Below, one piece after another: positions 38,673-47,798 of a stretch of DNA of 64,000 bases; the stretch's first letter is position 1, and the number at the start of each line of letters is the position of its first letter. Source of the stretch: an uncultured Chloroflexia bacterium. GTDB taxonomy: Bacteria > Chloroflexota > Limnocylindria > Limnocylindrales > CSP1-4. Location: positions 608,001-672,000 of the forward strand of contig CAWFXA010000003.1 of NCBI GenBank assembly GCA_963819655.1, in the 5' to 3' direction. The position numbers were made by a program, and so were the translations under genes. The notes beneath the pieces were generated by a model, which did not search any database, was not told where the DNA came from, and saw only the letters and a program-made list of their open reading frames with translations.

Positions 38673-40055
38673 TCACATCGGTGGCGGCTGCCACCCGCCC
38701 GACGCCGACTCGACGATCCGGGCCGCTGCGAGCGCGACATCGTCGCGCCACGGCCCGGCGACCAGCTGCACGCCGATCGGGAGACCCTCCGGTGATGTCC
38801 CGCCACGGACGACGACGGCCGGCCAGCCGGTCAGGTTGTGGACGTCGCTGTAGGTGTCCCCGAACCAGTCGGCCGTGCTCTCACCGTGGCGGATCGCGGG
38901 CTGCGGCATCGCCGGGCACACGATCACATCGACGTTACGCATCCAGGTGGACAGTCGGGCCCGGATCGCATCCGCACGCTCGACCAGGGCCGTCAGCTGG
39001 TCGCCGGGTAGCGCCGGGCCGACCGTCACCCAGCCGCGCCTGTCGTACGAGCCCATGCCGGCGGTGCCCGCCTCGGTGATGAGGCGCTGGAGCCACGCGA
39101 ACCCGTCCGCGCGGATGAGGGCGTCCCAAGCCGCCCAGGCCTCGCCCAGCCCCGGCGGCAGCCGCTCCTCGACGGTCGCGCCGGCGTCGGCCAGGCTCCG
39201 CGCAGCCGACTGCACGGCTGTCACGGTCTCCCGTGTGGGAGTCCGGATCGCGTTGTCGGTGAAGGTCACGATCCGGAGCGAGGCGAGATCCACGTCCCCG
39301 CGACGCCCGAGAGCGACAGGGGCGATGTGCGGGTCCTCCCCATCCGGACCGACGATGATCGGCAGCACGAGCTCGAGGTCCTCGACGCGACGGGCGATCG
39401 GTCCGAGCTGCGTGAACGATTCGAAGAGGCCGCCGAACCCCGGCCAGTGACCCGTCCGCGGCACGCGACCGCTGGTCGGTTTGATCCCTGCCACTCCACA
39501 GACGTGGGCGGGTTGCCGGATGCTGTCCCCGGTGTCGCTGCCGATGTCGAACGGGGATCCGCCGGCGGCCACGATGGCGGCCGCTCCCCCGCTGCTGCCG
39601 CCCGGCGTTCGCGCGACGTCGTACGGGTTCGACGTGCGTCCATAGACGTCGTTGTCGGTCTCGTCGGACCAGGTGAATTCGGGTGTGTTCGTCTTGCCGA
39701 GCAGGATCGCGCCCGCGGTCTTGAGTCGCGCCACGACCGTCGCGTCCCGGGCAGGGACACGCTGCCGCCACCCAACGGTCCCGGCCGTCGTCACGACGCC
39801 CGCCGTGTCGAAGGAATCCTTGATCGTGAAGGGGACGCCGTGGAGCGGTCCGAGGACCATTCCGGCCGCCCGCGTGGCATCCGCCTCGCGCGCCAGGTCC
39901 ATCGCATCATCGGCGAATCGCACGACAGCGTTGATCCGGGGGTTCACCTCGGCGATCCGATCGAGACACGCTGAGACGATGTCCACGGACGACGCCCGAC
40001 CCGAGCGGATCGTCTCAGCCAGCTGCGTCGCGGACAGCGCGGCGAGGTCGTCCAC
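38673..40055 (-). CDS. Amidase (amidase signature family)
   Basis: GVPFTIKD, GKTNTPE, PGGSSGG, GSDTGDSIRQP, GLPIGVQL. Confidence 0.92.
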   Translation of the reverse strand: MDDLAALSATQLAETIRSGRASSVDIVSACLDRIAEVNPRINAVVRFADDAMDLAREADATRAAGMVLGPLHGVPFTIKDSFDTAGVVTTAGTVGWRQRVPARDATVVARLKTAGAILLGKTNTPEFTWSDETDNDVYGRTSNPYDVARTPGGSSGGAAAIVAAGGSPFDIGSDTGDSIRQPAHVCGVAGIKPTSGRVPRTGHWPGFGGLFESFTQLGPIARRVEDLELVLPIIVGPDGEDPHIAPVALGRRGDVDLASLRIVTFTDNAIRTPTRETVTAVQSAARSLADAGATVEERLPPGLGEAWAAWDALIRADGFAWLQRLITEAGTAGMGSYDRRGWVTVGPALPGDQLTALVERADAIRARLSTWMRNVDVIVCPAMPQPAIRHGESTADWFGDTYSDVHNLTGWPAVVVRGGTSPEGLPIGVQLVAGPWRDDVALAAARIVESASGGWQPPPM

Positions 40056-40072
40056 GGGTCAGCGTCCCTCGA

Positions 40073-40627
40073 TCACCATACGTCGCCCGGTCGCCATTCG
40101 CAGCTGATCGGTGCACTGATGTCGAGCTCGGGCGATGTCGGAGTGGGAAGCACGAGGATGGACCCATCGTCGCCCGCCGTCCGCACGAGGCCGTCTCGGG
40201 TCCGGACTGAGGTGGGCCCGCGCCACGTGAGCCAGCCGAGCCGCTCGTAGAAATGATGCGCACCTGTGCCGAGCCCCCCGAGCTCGAAACCGTCGCGAAT
40301 GTAGCCCGTCGCGTCACGCATCACGATGGTCCCGTGACCCCGACCCTGGAGCGCCGGGTCGGTGGCGACAGCCTCGACGTACCCGGTCCGCAACGGCCGA
40401 TCGGCGATACGGAGCTCGCGCTCGACGACCGATGCGTGCGACACGATCCGGCCGTCGATCTCCAGTACGACGTGCGTGCCGCCGAGAGCGTGCTCCCAAT
40501 CATCCTCGGTGAAGCCGTCCTCGCCGGGCGGGAACGCCGCCCACAGCAGGTCGCGGAGTGCCGCGATCTCGCGTGGGGTCAGGTCCGCCGTGGGAATGCG
40601 CCGAAGACCGCTCCCTGCGCCCGTCAC
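40073..40627 (-). CDS. GNAT acetyltransferase, AAC(2')-I-like
   Basis: DWEHALGG, TGYVEAVAT, QGRGHG, FYERLGW, WRPGDVW terminus typical of AAC(2'). Confidence 0.8.
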   Translation of the reverse strand: MTGAGSGLRRIPTADLTPREIAALRDLLWAAFPPGEDGFTEDDWEHALGGTHVVLEIDGRIVSHASVVERELRIADRPLRTGYVEAVATDPALQGRGHGTIVMRDATGYIRDGFELGGLGTGAHHFYERLGWLTWRGPTSVRTRDGLVRTAGDDGSILVLPTPTSPELDISAPISCEWRPGDVW

Positions 40628-40636
40628 TGTCCTCGC

Positions 40637-41161
40637 CTACGCCGCAAATCGCCACCGGGTCGCGCCGTGGGGTTCGGCGCCCGCGACCCCATAGACCGTG
40701 TCGTACCCGAGCCGGTAGAGGTTCCACGGCGGCGGCCCGGCGCTCGGGGCACTGAACGGGGCCGTCAGCGCGTCGCCTTCGACGGTCGCCGGCCAGCCGC
40801 CTTCGTTGTACTTCTTCGCGAGGGCGTCGAGCGTCGGGCGATCGGTCACCCGGGCCACGCCGCCTTCGAAGACGAGATCGATGCCGCTCAAGCTGACGGA
40901 GATGGTCGCCGCTGGATTGCTCGCGAGGTCGCGCGACTTCCGCGTCGCGTCACCGCTGGTGAAGTACAGGTCGCCGTCGTACCACATCGCACCGACCCCT
41001 GCGGCGTGTGGCCGTCCGTCGCTCCGGGCGGTCCCGAGGAACCAAGTCACGAGCGCCGACGGGTCGAGCGCCTCCAGCACATTCCGCGCCCGGCTCCACG
41101 GCAGTGCCTCGTTCCCATAGCGGTCGAGGTTGGTCGTCTCGATGGGATCTCGTTCGGTCAC
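40637..41161 (-). CDS. Pyridoxamine 5'-phosphate oxidase family (FMN/F420 split barrel)
   Basis: LGTARSDGRPH, TRKSRDLASNP, GATRWRF; GTGA overlap with alkD. Confidence 0.85.
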   Translation of the reverse strand: MTERDPIETTNLDRYGNEALPWSRARNVLEALDPSALVTWFLGTARSDGRPHAAGVGAMWYDGDLYFTSGDATRKSRDLASNPAATISVSLSGIDLVFEGGVARVTDRPTLDALAKKYNEGGWPATVEGDALTAPFSAPSAGPPPWNLYRLGYDTVYGVAGAEPHGATRWRFAA

Positions 41162-41895
41162 GGTGTCGCCGCCTTTCTCAGGCCCATGTAGTGGGCTCGC
41201 TCCTGGTCGTCGAAATGTTCGAGCGCGTAGCGCAGCGTGGTCCGCGGCATCGTCGCCGCGTGACGATCGAGGAACGCTCGCAGTCGAGCACGGTCGCTGT
41301 CGCCGGCGGCGCGCAGCGCCCACCCGATGGCCTTATGGATCAGATCCTGCTCATCGGTGAGGAGCGCCTCCGCGATGCGGAAGGTGTCGTCGACCTCGCC
41401 GCCACGGATGAACGCCATCGTCGCAAGGATCGCGGTGCGGCGCTCCCACATGTTCGATGACCGGGCGAGCTCGTCGAGCACGTCGTGCGGTTTGTCGACG
41501 AGCCACCGACCGACAACGTCCCAGGCGCCGAGGTCGACGAGGTCCCAGTCGTTGATCCGGTCGTGGCGCCGGAGATACAGCTCATAGAGCGCCCGCCGCT
41601 GCGCGTCCGGGGTGCGCTTGCCGCGGGCCTGCGTCGCCATGATGCGCACGGCGCCTGCGCGCGGTTCGTGGAAGGGTTCGTCGAGGAGCGCCTCGATCCC
41701 CGCAAGGTCCATGTCCGCGAACTCCTTGGCGAGAGCGAAGACCTGGCCCATGCGGACGCCCATGAACACATCGCCTTCGCCGTATTCACCAGGCCCGGTC
41801 TTGAAGTATCGCTTGTACTTCTGCAACTCCTCGGGCGACCGGAGAGTCTCCAGCCGCCCGAGGAATTCGCGTGCCGTGTGCGGTTCGGTCGCCAT
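41158..41895 (-). CDS. DNA alkylation repair protein (AlkD-like HEAT glycosylase)
   Basis: YFKTGPGEYGEGDVFMGV, INDWDLVD, WERRTAI, DLIHKAIGWALR, MPRTTLRYALE. Confidence 0.9.
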   Translation of the reverse strand: MATEPHTAREFLGRLETLRSPEELQKYKRYFKTGPGEYGEGDVFMGVRMGQVFALAKEFADMDLAGIEALLDEPFHEPRAGAVRIMATQARGKRTPDAQRRALYELYLRRHDRINDWDLVDLGAWDVVGRWLVDKPHDVLDELARSSNMWERRTAILATMAFIRGGEVDDTFRIAEALLTDEQDLIHKAIGWALRAAGDSDRARLRAFLDRHAATMPRTTLRYALEHFDDQERAHYMGLRKAATP

Positions 41896-41896
41896 C

Positions 41897-42298
41897 TCAG
41901 TCGGCGGGTCGCTCCTGGAGCGCCCAGCCGTTGCCGTCCGGATCGTCGAAGAAGGCGAAGGAGTTCCAGCGCCCTCCCTTCCCGTCGACCCAGGTGCCGT
42001 TGTCGAAATGGCGGATGGGGCTGATCTCGAGACCTCGCCCGACGAGCTCGGCGTGCGCAGCCTCGATGTCGTCGACGACCAGCTGGAGGCCCTGGACCGA
42101 TCCCGGGGCCGTTTTGATCGCCCCCTTGCCGACCATGATCGAGCAGCCAGAGCCCGGCGGCGTGAGCTGGACGATCCGGAACTCGTCGCTCGGCTGGTGA
42201 TCGACGTCGATGTTGAAGCCGACCTTCTCACTGTAGAAGGCCTTCGCCCGGTCGACATCGGCGACCGGGATCGGCACGAGCTCCAGCTTGTAGTCCAT
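41897..42298 (-). CDS. VOC family protein
   Basis: VADVDRAKAFY, VQLTPPGSGCSI, FDDPDGNGW. Confidence 0.9.
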   Translation of the reverse strand: MDYKLELVPIPVADVDRAKAFYSEKVGFNIDVDHQPSDEFRIVQLTPPGSGCSIMVGKGAIKTAPGSVQGLQLVVDDIEAAHAELVGRGLEISPIRHFDNGTWVDGKGGRWNSFAFFDDPDGNGWALQERPAD

Positions 42299-42299
42299 C

Positions 42300-42785
42300 T
42301 CAGGCGACCGGCTGCGCGAGCCTGGCCAAGAGGTCGTCGAGGCGATCGAAGCCGTCGTTCATCCCCTCCTCCATGCCGCTCTCGACCATCGCGTCGCGGG
42401 CCTCGACCGACTGGTAGACGGAATGGTTGCGCATGACCGTCTTGCCGTTCTTCTCCTCGAGGGAGAGCGACTCGAGGGCGACATGGCCCGGAGCCCCTTC
42501 GAACTCGAATGTCTGGACCATGCTGTCAGGGGTCTGGGTGCCGTGGAAGACGCCGTGGAAGCCCCACGCATTGCCTTCGTCGTCGCTGTGGACGTAGCGC
42601 CACTTGCCGCCGTCCTGCGTGTCCCATCGCTCGACGGTCATCTTGTACTTGCGTGGGCCGAGCCACTGGACGAGCAGCTCGGGATCGGTGTAGGCCTTGA
42701 ACACGAGGTCGCGCGGGGCGTCGAACTCTCGCGTGATGTCGATGAAGGGCGCACCGGCCGGGGTATCGATCTGGGTTGTGGACAT
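42300..42785 (-). CDS. SRPBCC / AHSA1-like protein
   Basis: ITREFDAPRDLVF, QTFEFEG, SGMEEG. Confidence 0.9.
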   Translation of the reverse strand: MSTTQIDTPAGAPFIDITREFDAPRDLVFKAYTDPELLVQWLGPRKYKMTVERWDTQDGGKWRYVHSDDEGNAWGFHGVFHGTQTPDSMVQTFEFEGAPGHVALESLSLEEKNGKTVMRNHSVYQSVEARDAMVESGMEEGMNDGFDRLDDLLARLAQPVA

Positions 42786-43135
42786 CAGGGCTTCCTTTCG
42801 TTGGTGGTGACCTGGAGGGCTGCGAGCAGCGCGTCCAGGCGATCGTGGCTCTCCTCCCAGTACTCGCGATAGCTGACGAGCCACTCGGTCGCCTGCCGGA
42901 GGGGATCCGCCTCCAGATGGCTGAGCCGTGCCGTCGCCTTGCGGGTACGCGAGATGAGACCGGCCGACTCGAGCACCTTGAGGTGCCGCGAGATGGCCGG
43001 TTGGGAGACCTTGAATGGCGCCGTCAGCTCGAGGACGTTCGCGTCCCCTTCCGCGAGGCGGGCGAGGATCGCCCGTCGGGTCGGGTCCGCGAGAGCGCCG
43101 AAAACGGCATCGAGCTGGTCGTTCATGACATTCAT
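42785..43135 (-). CDS. ArsR/SmtB family transcriptional regulator
   Basis: FGALADPTRRAIL, SQPAISRHLKVLE; start at 43126 or 43135. Confidence 0.9.
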   Translation of the reverse strand: MNVMNDQLDAVFGALADPTRRAILARLAEGDANVLELTAPFKVSQPAISRHLKVLESAGLISRTRKATARLSHLEADPLRQATEWLVSYREYWEESHDRLDALLAALQVTTNERKP

Positions 43136-43165
43136 AACAATATGGTTATGAACGTCGTTTGTCAA
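43127..43165 (-). promoter_or_regulatory. Sigma70 promoter with overlapping palindromic ArsR operator
   Basis: Minus strand TTGACA-17 nt-TATTGT; palindrome TTCATAAC-N6-GTTATGAA at 43131-43152. Confidence 0.75.
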
Positions 43166-43201
43166 CCCCTCTGTGAGGGATCGTGCGCCCGATCGGTCGG
43201 A

Positions 43202-43627
43202 TCAGGCCGCCCTAGTCGGCGTCAGGCGCACGACGGGGATCACGCGCCCCGTCTGGGCCGGGTAGTCAGCGAACCAGGGCAGGGCCTTGACGTGATCGTC
43301 CCAGAGGAGGTCACGCTCTTCCCGCCCCACGATCGTCGCCGTCACGTCGAGGCGCTGATCGTCCGCCTCGATGGTCACATGGGGATCAACCTCCAGGTTG
43401 TGCACCCAACTTGGGTCGGTCCTGGCGCCTCCCGCGGTTCCAGCGACGATGTAGTCGGCCCCGTCGCGGTGGTAGGTGAGGATCGCGCGACGCGGCTCCC
43501 CGGTCTTCGATCCTTTGCTGGTCATGATCAGGAGCGGATGGCCGGCGAGCGGGCCGCTCACGACCTTCCCGCTGTTCGACCGCATCTCGGCGATGAGCTG
43601 ATCCTCGAAGGGGTTGTCGTCCGGCAT
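43202..43627 (-). CDS. Deazaflavin (F420)-dependent nitroreductase family protein
   Basis: LIMTSKGSKTGEPR, PSWVHNL, TGRVIPVVRL. Confidence 0.9.
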   Translation of the reverse strand: MPDDNPFEDQLIAEMRSNSGKVVSGPLAGHPLLIMTSKGSKTGEPRRAILTYHRDGADYIVAGTAGGARTDPSWVHNLEVDPHVTIEADDQRLDVTATIVGREERDLLWDDHVKALPWFADYPAQTGRVIPVVRLTPTRAA

Positions 43628-43649
43628 GGTGCGTCCTCCGCTGGCTATC

Positions 43650-43667
43650 TCGTTGCAGACGCAACGA
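43650..43667. promoter_or_regulatory. Palindromic operator candidate upstream of the F420 nitroreductase
   Basis: TCGTTGC-AGAC-GCAACGA. Confidence 0.5.
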
Positions 43668-43703
43668 TGCCACGGATGGGCCGAGCTTGCCTCCGCCGCG
43701 ACC

Positions 43704-44084
43704 TCAGCGCTTCTTCGCGGCGGCGTCCGTCTCGGCCATGCGCGTCTGGACGACGGTCGCGACCAACGCCTTCGGCAAGGGCCTGTCGGGTTGGAAGCGG
43801 ATGGCGCCCTTCGTCGTGTCGTAGCCCGCGAGCAGGGACTTGTGGGCCTCCATGGCGGCCGGGCTCATGACGTAGAACGCGACATGGGACTTCGCGGCTC
43901 CGAAGGAGACCAGGGGTCGGCCGCGGTACCTGAACGCCGGGAGCGAGTAGCTGATCGCCTCGACAGCCTCCGGTGCTGCGGCGGCGATGGTCTCCCGCAG
44001 GGACTGGAGGGCGAGTCGCTGGTCGTCGGGCAGGCCGGCGAGGATCGCGTCGATCTGCGCGGATGCCAATTCGTCATTCGCCAA
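43704..44084 (-). CDS. DUF1801 / YdhG-like protein
   Basis: LRETIAAAAPEAVEAISYSLPAF, KGAIRF. Confidence 0.85.
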   Translation of the reverse strand: MANDELASAQIDAILAGLPDDQRLALQSLRETIAAAAPEAVEAISYSLPAFRYRGRPLVSFGAAKSHVAFYVMSPAAMEAHKSLLAGYDTTKGAIRFQPDRPLPKALVATVVQTRMAETDAAAKKR

Positions 44085-44174
44085 CGTCTACGACCTACGC
44101 GAACAGCTGCGGATCCGCGGCAGGGCGCCGTGCGCGAGCACAATCGGACATCGGCGACGTGATCGTCGTCACGG

Positions 44175-44621
44175 TCAGACCCGGCCTTCGTGGAGCTGGC
44201 TCACGAACTTGTCGATGCGCCGGGTTCGCGTCTCGTCGGTCTTGGCGTCATCGATGGCGAGCGTGAGCCGACGCTTGTTGCTGTAGGACAGGCCATCGAA
44301 CGTCGCGCGCGCCTTCGGATCGGCGTCGAGCGCGGCGGAGAAGTCGGCCGGAACATCGACCTCCCGAGGTGCCGTATCGAGCTCGAGCTCGACCTCGATC
44401 TCGTCGCCGGCCTTGAGACCTGTGGCCGCCCGATGCTCGGCCGCGACCCCGACCATGTAGGTGTCGCCATAGACCGCTACCGTGTTGCGGTAGGTGTAAC
44501 CGTTGACGGTGACGAGAACCGGGGGACGCTTGCCCTTGCCGAGAGCCTCGACGACGTCCTCGGGGATCCGGAACCCTGTCGCGGTCTTGCCACCGAGCTC
44601 GAGGGTGGTCTTGAATCGCAT
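44175..44621 (-). CDS. DUF1905 plus YdeI/OmpD-associated domain protein
   Basis: KRPPVLVTVNGYTYR, VPADF, LSYSNKR, AKTDETRTRRI. Confidence 0.9.
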   Translation of the reverse strand: MRFKTTLELGGKTATGFRIPEDVVEALGKGKRPPVLVTVNGYTYRNTVAVYGDTYMVGVAAEHRAATGLKAGDEIEVELELDTAPREVDVPADFSAALDADPKARATFDGLSYSNKRRLTLAIDDAKTDETRTRRIDKFVSQLHEGRV

Positions 44622-44659
44622 CGGATGATCAGTATGGCATCGACAGACAGACCAACCCG

Positions 44660-45046
44660 ATGACACGGCCGCGGACGGCTTGGCTTCGACCGTTCACGAA
44701 CCGGATCGTCAACCCGATCAGTCGCCGCGTGGCAGGCCACCTTCCGTGGTTCGGCATCATCGTCGTGCCGGGACGGACTTCCGGCCTGACGAGGCGCGTG
44801 CCGATGAACGTCTTCCGCGACGGCGAGGATTACGTGTTCGCTCTCACGTATGGCACGGATGTGGACTGGGTGAAGAACGTGCTCGCCGCGGACGGCTGCC
44901 AGCTCGAGACCCGCGGCCGGATCGTCGCGTTGCGCGACCCGGTCGTCATCCACGATCCGAGCCGGCGGCTCATGCCGTGGCTTGTTCGGACGTTCCTCGG
45001 CGTGATGCGGGTGACCGACTTCGTGCGGATGCGACCGGCCGCATAG
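44660..45046 (+). CDS. Deazaflavin-dependent oxidoreductase (nitroreductase family)
   Basis: GRTSG, ALTYG, DWVKNVLAA. Confidence 0.85.
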   Translation: MTRPRTAWLRPFTNRIVNPISRRVAGHLPWFGIIVVPGRTSGLTRRVPMNVFRDGEDYVFALTYGTDVDWVKNVLAADGCQLETRGRIVALRDPVVIHDPSRRLMPWLVRTFLGVMRVTDFVRMRPAA

Positions 45047-45079
45047 GCGCGCGCCGCGCGATATCCGAGGCCGGTCGCG

Positions 45080-46117
45080 TCAGGCGTGGAAGGCCTCGAG
45101 GGCCTCTCGTTCGCGTTCCACGGCGCGCTCGTCACGGGCCGTCAGGTCCTTGAACGGATCGAGGACGATCCGCCCGTCCTTGAGCGACCACCCCCCGGCG
45201 ACGACGCCGTCGACGAGGTACGTCCCCACCGAGAACGGGTTCTTCGTCGAGAAGACGCGCGGTCGGTACGGCTCTGGCAGCAGCCCGGTCCGTCGCGCAT
45301 GGACCAGCAGGTTCGCATCCCAGTGCGGCAGGAACCGCACGGGCGCTGGCGAGTCGGGATCCGGCAGCTGGCCGTCGGGCAGATCCACCAACTCGCCGCC
45401 GTCCTCGTCGCGGAAGGACCGCAGATCCAGGCTGCGCGCGGCCTCCTTGGCGGTCGTGATCGAGATCCCGGCCCATGATGCGATGTCTCGCCACGCCCCT
45501 GGTCCGAATGCCCGCAGGTACGCTCGAACGAGGTGCGCCAGGCCATCGGCTTCCGTCGCCGTGGTCGGACCGATCCAGTCCTCCGCGAGGCCCAGGCGGT
45601 CGGCTCGGCGACGCTCCCACGTGCCGGCCGGTGGCACACGCACAAGATCCACCCACAGGCCCAGGGTCCCGACGAAGCCAGTGGCGAGATCGCCCAGCTC
45701 CTTGACGGATCGCGGACCGTCCGCCAGTGCGGCATGGATGCGGTCCGCCGCCGCCTGCATGTCCTCCTCCCCTGCCCCGGTCAGCCGTCCCACGGTCTTC
45801 CGCCATTGCTCGCGCCGAGCCTCGCGAACACCGAGCGCATAGAGCCAGTACTCATGCCGTGAGACGACGTGGATCGTCACCCGCATCAGCGTGGCCTGGA
45901 TCACCGCTCGATCCTCCAACGCACGCGTGAGCGCGGGACGTTCGAAGCCGTCAAGCCTCGTCCACAGGCCGACATACCCGGACGGCGCGTACTGCGTCTG
46001 CAGGCCGCCGACCTGGTCCACGGCGTCCGGGATCGACAGTGTCGAACGTTCAAGCAACAGCTGTCGCGCCAGGAGCGCGCGGTTCAGGGCGCGCTGCGTC
46101 AGGATCTTGTCAGCCAC
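45080..46117 (-). CDS. AlkZ/YcaQ (HTH_42) family DNA glycosylase
   Basis: LNRALLARQLLL, GLQTQ (QxQ), LMRVTIH, YLRAFGP, VRFLPHWD, LVDGVVAG. Confidence 0.85.
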   Translation of the reverse strand: MADKILTQRALNRALLARQLLLERSTLSIPDAVDQVGGLQTQYAPSGYVGLWTRLDGFERPALTRALEDRAVIQATLMRVTIHVVSRHEYWLYALGVREARREQWRKTVGRLTGAGEEDMQAAADRIHAALADGPRSVKELGDLATGFVGTLGLWVDLVRVPPAGTWERRRADRLGLAEDWIGPTTATEADGLAHLVRAYLRAFGPGAWRDIASWAGISITTAKEAARSLDLRSFRDEDGGELVDLPDGQLPDPDSPAPVRFLPHWDANLLVHARRTGLLPEPYRPRVFSTKNPFSVGTYLVDGVVAGGWSLKDGRIVLDPFKDLTARDERAVEREREALEAFHA

Positions 46118-46166
46118 CGGGCGATGATGGCATCTCGAGCGATCGGGGCGGTCGTATGCTGCGTGG

Positions 46167-47798
46167 ATGGCGACCGACGTCCGGGCCAGGACCGGGCTCG
46201 CGGGCATCTCGTGGTCGATCGCCGTCGCGATCGTCCTCCCGCTGGCCGGACTTGGGCTGCTCCTCGCTCGCCCAGAGCTCGACCACGAGTGGGAGCACCA
46301 TCCGAGTCATTTCTGGCTCGTCCTGATCACGGCCGGCGTCAGCGTCGTCCTGGCGTATGTGACCAACGTCGCGGCCGGTCGCTACCGCGACGCGCGCCTG
46401 GTGCTGATCTCGCTCGCGTTCCTGTCCGCCGCCGGGTTCCTCGGCCTGCACGCGCTCGCGACACCCGGCGTCCTGCTCGAGCAGCCGAATGCCGGGTTCG
46501 TCATCGCCACCCCGGTCGGGCTGATCCTCGCATCGATATTCGCCGCCGCGTCGACCAGCGCGATCGCCGGGCCTCGCGCACGCGAGGTGCTCCGCATCCG
46601 ACCGGTGCTGCTCGGCGGTCTCATCGTCTTCATGGTGGTCTGGGGGGTCTTCTCCCTCGCCCGGCTGCCACCCCTGGATGGGCCGCCTCCTGTCAAGGAG
46701 GGAGTCGGCCCGCTGACGGTCCTCGGGGGCGTCGCGGTCGCCCTGTATGCCTTCGCTGCATGGCGCACGATCCGCATGTATCTCGATCGGGGCGGCGCGC
46801 TCCTGCTGTCCGTGGCGATCGCGCTCATCCTGCTTGCCGAGGCGATGATCGCCGTCGTCCTGAGCCGGAACTGGCGCTTGAGCTGGTGGGAATGGCACAT
46901 CCTGATGCTCGCCGCGTTCGCGCTGATCGCGCTCGGAGCCCGTGCCGAGTACCGCCGGAGCGGCTCCCTCACGGGCGCGTTCGGCGGGCTCTATCTCGAG
47001 CAGACGCTCGCCCAGATCGACCGATGGAATGCGGGAGCGATCGCGGCTGTCGCCGCGGCCGATGCGAAGGGCGGCTCCATCGACCGAGTGCTGTCCCAAC
47101 TCCGCACGGAAGGCGCCTCCAGCGACGAGGTCGCGCTCCTGGCCGGCGCCGCGCACGAGCTGCGCCGGCTCGACGCGTCCTTCCAGCCGTATCTGCCCTC
47201 GGTCGTCGCGGAGCGGATCCGGCGCGAGGGCACGGGTGCCGCCATCCCCGGAGAAGAGCGTGTCGTCAGCGTGGTCTTCGCAGACCTCGCCGGTTTCACG
47301 ACCTTCAGCGAGAGACGCCCACCGACCGAGGTCCTCGCCATGCTCAACGCGTTCTGGGGAGTGGTCGTCCCGGGGATCGACCGCGCCGGCGGCGTCATCG
47401 AGCATTTCGCCGGCGACGGGGTGATGGCCATCTTCAACGCGGGCGGCGATCAGCCCGACCACGCGCGGCGTGCCGCGCAGGCGGCAACGGCCATCGTGGA
47501 CGCCGCGCGACCACTGGCCGCCGACCATCCGGGCTGGCCGATCTTCCGGGTCGGCGTCAACACAGGGCCAGCCGTCGTCGGGGATGTCGGTGCCGCGGAA
47601 CGCCGGAGCTTCGCGGTCATCGGCGACACGATCAACACGGCTGCGCGGCTCATGACCGCGGCGGAGCCGGGGCAGATCGTCGTCGGCCGCGCCACATGGG
47701 AAGCGCTCGGCCCGGATCGCGTCGGCGCCGAGCTCGGAGCCGTGCGCGTCAAGGGCAAGCGCGAAGCTGTCGAGGCGTGGCGACTCGGGCCGTCGTGA
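46167..47798 (+). CDS. Membrane-bound class III adenylate/guanylate cyclase
   Basis: About 8-9 N-terminal TM helices; VVFADLAGFT, AGDGVM, RVGVNTG, IGDTINTAARL, VKGK. Confidence 0.9.
   Translation: MATDVRARTGLAGISWSIAVAIVLPLAGLGLLLARPELDHEWEHHPSHFWLVLITAGVSVVLAYVTNVAAGRYRDARLVLISLAFLSAAGFLGLHALATPGVLLEQPNAGFVIATPVGLILASIFAAASTSAIAGPRAREVLRIRPVLLGGLIVFMVVWGVFSLARLPPLDGPPPVKEGVGPLTVLGGVAVALYAFAAWRTIRMYLDRGGALLLSVAIALILLAEAMIAVVLSRNWRLSWWEWHILMLAAFALIALGARAEYRRSGSLTGAFGGLYLEQTLAQIDRWNAGAIAAVAAADAKGGSIDRVLSQLRTEGASSDEVALLAGAAHELRRLDASFQPYLPSVVAERIRREGTGAAIPGEERVVSVVFADLAGFTTFSERRPPTEVLAMLNAFWGVVVPGIDRAGGVIEHFAGDGVMAIFNAGGDQPDHARRAAQAATAIVDAARPLAADHPGWPIFRVGVNTGPAVVGDVGAAERRSFAVIGDTINTAARLMTAAEPGQIVVGRATWEALGPDRVGAELGAVRVKGKREAVEAWRLGPS

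Noticed and set aside
3896-47798. Pycsar/CBASS-like defence system from two cyclases and a cNMP-binding protein
   Set aside because: The genes are 16-23 kb apart and not operonic, and there is no TIR or TM effector fused to the cNMP domain.
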